Virus record (IMG/VR): IMGVR_UViG_3300033146_000407
Coordinates: 5,189-69,188 of that record
Reading direction: 5' to 3' (one strand)
DNA length: 64,000 nt
DNA from: a virus
Shown here: positions 59,575 through 64,000 of the stretch, one piece after another
How the letters are laid out: the number at the start of each line of letters is the position of its first letter
How positions within the stretch are numbered: the stretch's first letter is position 1
The notes under the pieces: model-generated
What the model saw: only the letters and a program-made list of their open reading frames with translations
Database searches by the model: none
What the model was told of the DNA's origin: nothing
Made by a program: the position numbers and the translations under genes

Positions 59575-61077
59575 TTATGTTGGTAAAAACATAATAGGAC
59601 CATCATCAACTAACTCATATTGATCGTCTAATGTTTTAACTTCCATCGTTCTTCCGTCAAAGTAGTCAGTTACTACAAAATATAACCCCCACAACAACGA
59701 CGTAACATGATCATCATGACCCTGTGTAGCTTCATTTCTAAATACATTAGGTCTAACTTCAACATATCGAGATAACTCACTCAATGTACGAGTATCATAT
59801 ATTTTTAGAAATCCATTATCAAAATATCTTTTTAAGAGTAAATTAGCTTCTAATTTACTCTTCTTAGTAGATGTTAAGCCTAACCCTTTATTGTCTAGAT
59901 TTACGATAGCATCGTACTCATATTCATACCATATACTACTACATAAAGCATCACCAATTCCATTGTTTTCAATCATCATCATAGCACCATTATAGTATTT
60001 AGAAATTCCAATACACACTTGAGCGAAATCATGAGAATCTATCATATTATTTGAATATACAGCAACTTGCTCGATATCTTGTTCAGAATTGATTTTTAAT
60101 ACTTGAACTACACTAAAATCTCTACCAGTACCCTTAGCAGTATCAACACCCATAATATACATATCAGAAGTAGTAGGCTCTTCATATATCTTGAAAAGAT
60201 CACCCCATTTAGTAGTTATTGGTGGTTTAAAATCAATCTGCTCTAATACATCTGGGTCTAATAAAGTCGAATTAGATCCTATAAATCTACAACCATACTC
60301 TTGATTAAATTTCTCAAGATCATTATTCATCTTCTTAATGGTACGCTCTTTCCAATCATTATCACGCTTAGGGTGCTCCCACCAGCTAACACGAATAGGA
60401 ATATACCCATTAAGTCCATCTAACGCATTCTTCCAAAATTCATAGAAATGATTCATACCATATGGAGTAGATACTAATATAATTTTCGATGATTCACCAG
60501 AAGATACAACAGGTAATGTAGCAGAAATAAAATCATCAGCGATATGTGGAGGAACTTTCGCAAACTCATCCATATACAATAATGATACCGTTTCACCGGA
60601 AATAGAGTCGGTTGAAGTAGTTGAGGACATCATACGCATCCCATTTTCCAACTCAATACTCGTTTTATTCCATTCAACCACACCTTGTTGTAACCAAAGA
60701 GGTAATAATATAAAAGCACCTTTAACCCGCCTAAGAACTTCTTTAGCAGCAGATTCTTTGTTTGCCATAATAGCAACAGTCTTATCAATATTAAATATCA
60801 TATAATGAAGTAAGTATACAGATGCTACTGTCGACTTACCCATCTGTCTAGGCATAAGCACTATATTATCATCAGGACCATTGAAAACCTTCAATGCTTT
60901 CTTTTGAAAATCATATAACTTTATTTTATGTTTTCCCTCATCAATAGAAACAATATAGAAGTATTTTTCAGCAAAATATATAATATCATCTTTACATCTA
61001 ATAAACTCAGCAATTAAATCTTTAGTATATTCTACCGACTCACCAACACCACGTATATTTTTATTTCCATTATACAT
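59575..61077 (-). CDS. gp17: Terminase large subunit, T4 gp17-like
   Basis: PRQMGKST, YMDEFA, VSTPYG, FNQEYGCRF, GVDTAKG.G.DFS, IENN, HDDHV. Confidence 0.96.
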   Translation of the reverse strand: MYNGNKNIRGVGESVEYTKDLIAEFIRCKDDIIYFAEKYFYIVSIDEGKHKIKLYDFQKKALKVFNGPDDNIVLMPRQMGKSTVASVYLLHYMIFNIDKTVAIMANKESAAKEVLRRVKGAFILLPLWLQQGVVEWNKTSIELENGMRMMSSTTSTDSISGETVSLLYMDEFAKVPPHIADDFISATLPVVSSGESSKIILVSTPYGMNHFYEFWKNALDGLNGYIPIRVSWWEHPKRDNDWKERTIKKMNNDLEKFNQEYGCRFIGSNSTLLDPDVLEQIDFKPPITTKWGDLFKIYEEPTTSDMYIMGVDTAKGTGRDFSVVQVLKINSEQDIEQVAVYSNNMIDSHDFAQVCIGISKYYNGAMMMIENNGIGDALCSSIWYEYEYDAIVNLDNKGLGLTSTKKSKLEANLLLKRYFDNGFLKIYDTRTLSELSRYVEVRPNVFRNEATQGHDDHVTSLLWGLYFVVTDYFDGRTMEVKTLDDQYELVDDGPIMFLPT

Positions 61078-61652
61078 TATTCTAACTCAAATTCAGTATC
61101 GATAGAATCTAAGGAATTATTATTAGATACGTCATTAATCATATCAAGCAACTCATTACCAGATAAAATCATCTTATGATCTTCTTTAGTTTCTTCGAGA
61201 TTATGTTTCTTATTCTCAAGAATAAGTTTAGCGACAGCTTCATTAAGTTGTCGTAATTCTTTATATTGAGCTAATATGGTGTTTAATAGCTTAGTATAGA
61301 CCTCATACATACTTGGAGTAGACCCAAGCACTAACTCACGCTCTAATATGCGTAAAACACCCTTACTAGATACAATTAAACTTTTAATCTCTGTAGATAA
61401 AAACTCTACATCATGAATCTTAGCGGTTGTTAATTGATATGAGATAGAATCTTTTTTCTCATCAATCACAACAACTTCATTTTGTAATAATTCTAATGTA
61501 GACGATGGAGCTTTTCTTAACTCTTCATCTTCAATTTTAGTCATTTTACCAAAATCTTCCATCAATTTCTCATTAGTAGCATCAATTGAAAAATCCTCAT
61601 CATAAGGAACTCCCAAAGCATCACTCAATGTACTAAAATCGCCGTCACTCAT
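61077..61652 (-). CDS. Probable terminase small subunit (gp16-like)
   Basis: Directly upstream of and coupled to the large terminase; PSMYEVYTKLL and ELLDMI resemble gp16 blocks. Confidence 0.65.
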   Translation of the reverse strand: MSDGDFSTLSDALGVPYDEDFSIDATNEKLMEDFGKMTKIEDEELRKAPSSTLELLQNEVVVIDEKKDSISYQLTTAKIHDVEFLSTEIKSLIVSSKGVLRILERELVLGSTPSMYEVYTKLLNTILAQYKELRQLNEAVAKLILENKKHNLEETKEDHKMILSGNELLDMINDVSNNNSLDSIDTEFELE

Positions 61653-61664
61653 AAACACCTCAAT

Positions 61665-62516
61665 CTAATTATAAATATAATTCTTATACCAATTAAATTC
61701 TTTATTCTCACCTACATAATTACCACTAGTATAAAATTCACCAGGATGCGGTGCTGCACTCGGAGTAACAAGCACTCCCCCTGAAGTTTCAAACCCGGAA
61801 GTCTGAAAAGTTTCCAATAGTACAGTAGGAATTTGATCGATATATTTAGAATTAATATACTTAATCATTTTAGAATGCACCACAGGTCTATACATAAACC
61901 CTTTAACTGTGAAATTTATCGAAGCGTTGACATATCTTGAATCCGAAGCCTGTTCATCATCAATAAACTCAGGACTAACCCCATCTAAAATAACAGGAAG
62001 ATCTCGTTCGACATTTAAAAATGAAAACTCTTTAACCCTCAACATCAATGCAGGATTAAAATATGGTAATATATTCTCTAATATTTGAGATAAATAATCC
62101 ATACTATCATTTTTGATATTTAACGTAAAATTAAAATTATATGGCGTTGGTTGGTAATCAGAAAACATAGCATCAGCTTCACGGTCACTAAGAGATAGAG
62201 ATTCCTTAATCCAATATCTCCACTCATTAACCCCAGTTGCTCTGTCGGGGTCATATGCTATACCATTAAGTACTATAGCCATTCTTGGAATCTGTAAGTA
62301 ATATCTATTATTATGCTCAACTCCATCAGAATCATAATAATGGTCCTCTGTTCTATCTTGATGATATTTCTCAACAGGACCGAATGTAATAGGGACTGTT
62401 TTTTCTGATATAGGATTGTTGTATTTATCATATTTAACAATTCGTATATCATTAAACATATCCAATAATGCTACAGTAATAGATTTAAGAGTTCTAGGAT
62501 AATAATATTTTAACAT
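61665..62516 (-). CDS. gp15: Tail sheath terminator, T4 gp15-like
   Basis: YYY..TLK......MFNDI, VPITFGP.EK, IPRM, YDPDR, PTPYN, QILENILPYFNP, F.VKG.MY.P. Confidence 0.92.
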   Translation of the reverse strand: MLKYYYPRTLKSITVALLDMFNDIRIVKYDKYNNPISEKTVPITFGPVEKYHQDRTEDHYYDSDGVEHNNRYYLQIPRMAIVLNGIAYDPDRATGVNEWRYWIKESLSLSDREADAMFSDYQPTPYNFNFTLNIKNDSMDYLSQILENILPYFNPALMLRVKEFSFLNVERDLPVILDGVSPEFIDDEQASDSRYVNASINFTVKGFMYRPVVHSKMIKYINSKYIDQIPTVLLETFQTSGFETSGGVLVTPSAAPHPGEFYTSGNYVGENKEFNWYKNYIYN

Positions 62517-62519
62517 AAA

Positions 62520-62990
62520 TTACTCCTTAGAATCTATAGCAGGATTCTTATCATCATAATCAATATCATTATGGATATCATCCTTAACTTCATCACCTAT
62601 CTTTGAACTTGTTTCGTCTCCATCTTCGGTTTCATCATCCTCTGGGTATTCATATTCATCCCCATTGATATATATGGGATTTTCATCATAACCGAGACCC
62701 TTCAATTTAGAAATAATCCATTGTATTAGTTCACCATTAGACTCACTACGACTAACATCATCTATAACTATATCAGCATACACATCACTATAAGTATAAT
62801 CGCTATTTATACCATCAATCAATGTACCATCAATCATTTTAATCTTAATGTCTGCTACTTTTTCACCGTCAGATGATACTTCATAGCTAACACCCTCATT
62901 ATCAACAAAATCTACTGGGTATATATCATACCCAGTAGATTCTTTAATATATAGAGACAATTCATCAAAAAAATTCATAAAATCTCCCAA
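62520..62990 (-). CDS. Acidic hypothetical protein
   Basis: 156-aa ORF in the late operon. Confidence 0.55.
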   Translation of the reverse strand: MGDFMNFFDELSLYIKESTGYDIYPVDFVDNEGVSYEVSSDGEKVADIKIKMIDGTLIDGINSDYTYSDVYADIVIDDVSRSESNGELIQWIISKLKGLGYDENPIYINGDEYEYPEDDETEDGDETSSKIGDEVKDDIHNDIDYDDKNPAIDSKE

Positions 62991-62996
62991 GTATTA

Positions 62997-63359
62997 TTAA
63001 TAATCTAAATCATCTTCATCATCAGCAATACTAACTCTGACTATCTTAGCACCATCGATATCATCATCAATAAAGTCATCCGCATCACCATCACCATCAC
63101 CGATAACATCTAGTTCATCACCAATGGCTTCTTCTTCTCCGCCGCCCATAGATCCTTGTAGCAATTCACCTAAAATTTGATAAATTAGGTTACGAACTTC
63201 AGTCTCATCCATCTGCATGTCTTCTTTAGCAAAAGCACCCACACGTTCATCATCTACGTCACCACCGGACATAAAGTCTTTAATTTGTGATATCATAGCT
63301 TCATGTTCATCCATAATATCTTTTTCTTTAGCTTCCGCCATAAATTGTTTAAATGACAT
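62997..63359 (-). CDS. Acidic probable internal head protein
   Basis: N-terminal MSFKQFMAE-A resembles the T4 capsid-targeting sequence MKTYQEFIAE. Confidence 0.6.
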   Translation of the reverse strand: MSFKQFMAEAKEKDIMDEHEAMISQIKDFMSGGDVDDERVGAFAKEDMQMDETEVRNLIYQILGELLQGSMGGGEEEAIGDELDVIGDGDGDADDFIDDDIDGAKIVRVSIADDEDDLDY

Positions 63360-63398
63360 ATAGTCTCCTATTTTAAAAATAAATCTATTCTATTCTAT

Positions 63399-63406
63399 TA
63401 TTTATA
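63399..63406 (-). promoter_or_regulatory. Late promoter TATAAATA
   Basis: Exact motif. Confidence 0.75.
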
Positions 63407-63413
63407 TATTATA

Positions 63414-64000
63414 CTACGCACAAAAGAAATCGATAGGATCGGACTCTTTACGCATTTGCTCTAAATATTTGTCTTCATCTTCACGACCCTGAGACATCAT
63501 ATCTTGACCATTAATACTAATACCATCAGGCATAGTAGCTCCATATTTAGTCAAATGGATAGCCCATTGAACCTTAGCCCGTGCCACTGCTAATTTCTTA
63601 ACTAATGGATGATTGTACAATCTCTCAGCCTCAGCTCGTCTATAAATCGATAATGTAGCAATCATAGTTTCTTCAGGAGTTGGTGTTACTATTAGAGCAT
63701 CTTTAGATAAATTATATGATACTGTGTAATGTCTACCAAACATCATCTTTGCCAATTCATAATACTCCATAGCAGTTTCGTATTGAGTTATCGGTCCAAC
63801 TCCCTGTTGAATACCACCGGGACCTATAGTACCAGCAGGACCCATACCACCAATACCACCACCAGTACCGCCACCAAGAAATCCACCTGGCTGTGATGCT
63901 GTGTTATACATCATCATATGTATTGGGGTGAATAGAGTGTTTATTCCACCCATACCATAACTAAGATCAATATCATAAGCAAACTCAATACTACTACCCT
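63414..64000 (-). CDS. gp13: Neck protein, T4 gp13-like (5' partial)
   Basis: YNHPLVKKLAVARAK.QW...L.KY...MPDGISING......R.......DP..F; frame open to the window edge. Confidence 0.88.
   Translation of the reverse strand, partial: GSSIEFAYDIDLSYGMGGINTLFTPIHMMMYNTASQPGGFLGGGTGGGIGGMGPAGTIGPGGIQQGVGPITQYETAMEYYELAKMMFGRHYTVSYNLSKDALIVTPTPEETMIATLSIYRRAEAERLYNHPLVKKLAVARAKVQWAIHLTKYGATMPDGISINGQDMMSQGREDEDKYLEQMRKESDPIDFFCA

Noticed and set aside
1-64000. Stop-codon reassignment, as in some jumbo phages
   Set aside because: Conserved genes are full length in the standard code, and TAA, TAG (e.g. tube gene) and TGA (e.g. ClpP-like gene) all end genes at sensible positions
1-64000. CRISPR array, tRNAs, introns/inteins, diversity-generating retroelement
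   Set aside because: No spaced repeat array, cloverleaf, interrupted core gene or reverse transcriptase seen by eye; intergenic gaps are short. tRNAscan/Infernal were not run

Overview
An AT-rich, almost fully coding 64-kb segment of a large T4-like (jumbo-type) myophage, read in the standard genetic code and mostly on the minus strand. The right half (about 26.8-64 kb) is the virion morphogenesis module: neck gp13, tail terminator gp15, small and large terminase, sheath, tube and tube paralogs, gp26-like hub chaperone, two paralogous tape-measure-like genes, baseplate gp48/gp53/gp27/gp5/gp25/gp6, and large PKD, beta-helix, BspA-LRR and YadA-like fibre proteins. It is driven by many TATAAATA late promoters. 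The left half holds accessory genes (beta-CASP RNase, ClpP-like protease, GH108 lysin, GroES, metallophosphoesterase, RecD-like helicase, SLOG protein, Gp157, acidic internal-head proteins, RegA) and a 7.3-kb operon of six glycosyltransferase genes plus a methyltransferase, with a further paralogous glycosyltransferase near 2 kb. The best candidate for an undescribed system is phage-encoded virion O-glycosylation: the glycosyltransferase operon co-occurs with a directional enrichment of x-S-[A/G] motifs (TSA, TSG, ISA, VSG) in putatively exposed parts of the tail and baseplate proteins. Other notable signals are a probable +1 frameshift at the end of the gp26-like gene, probable AUU and AUC start codons, late promoters abutting terminator arms, and a BspA-LRR gene of at least 647 codons missed by the ORF track. 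All family calls come from motif recognition by eye; no database search was run.
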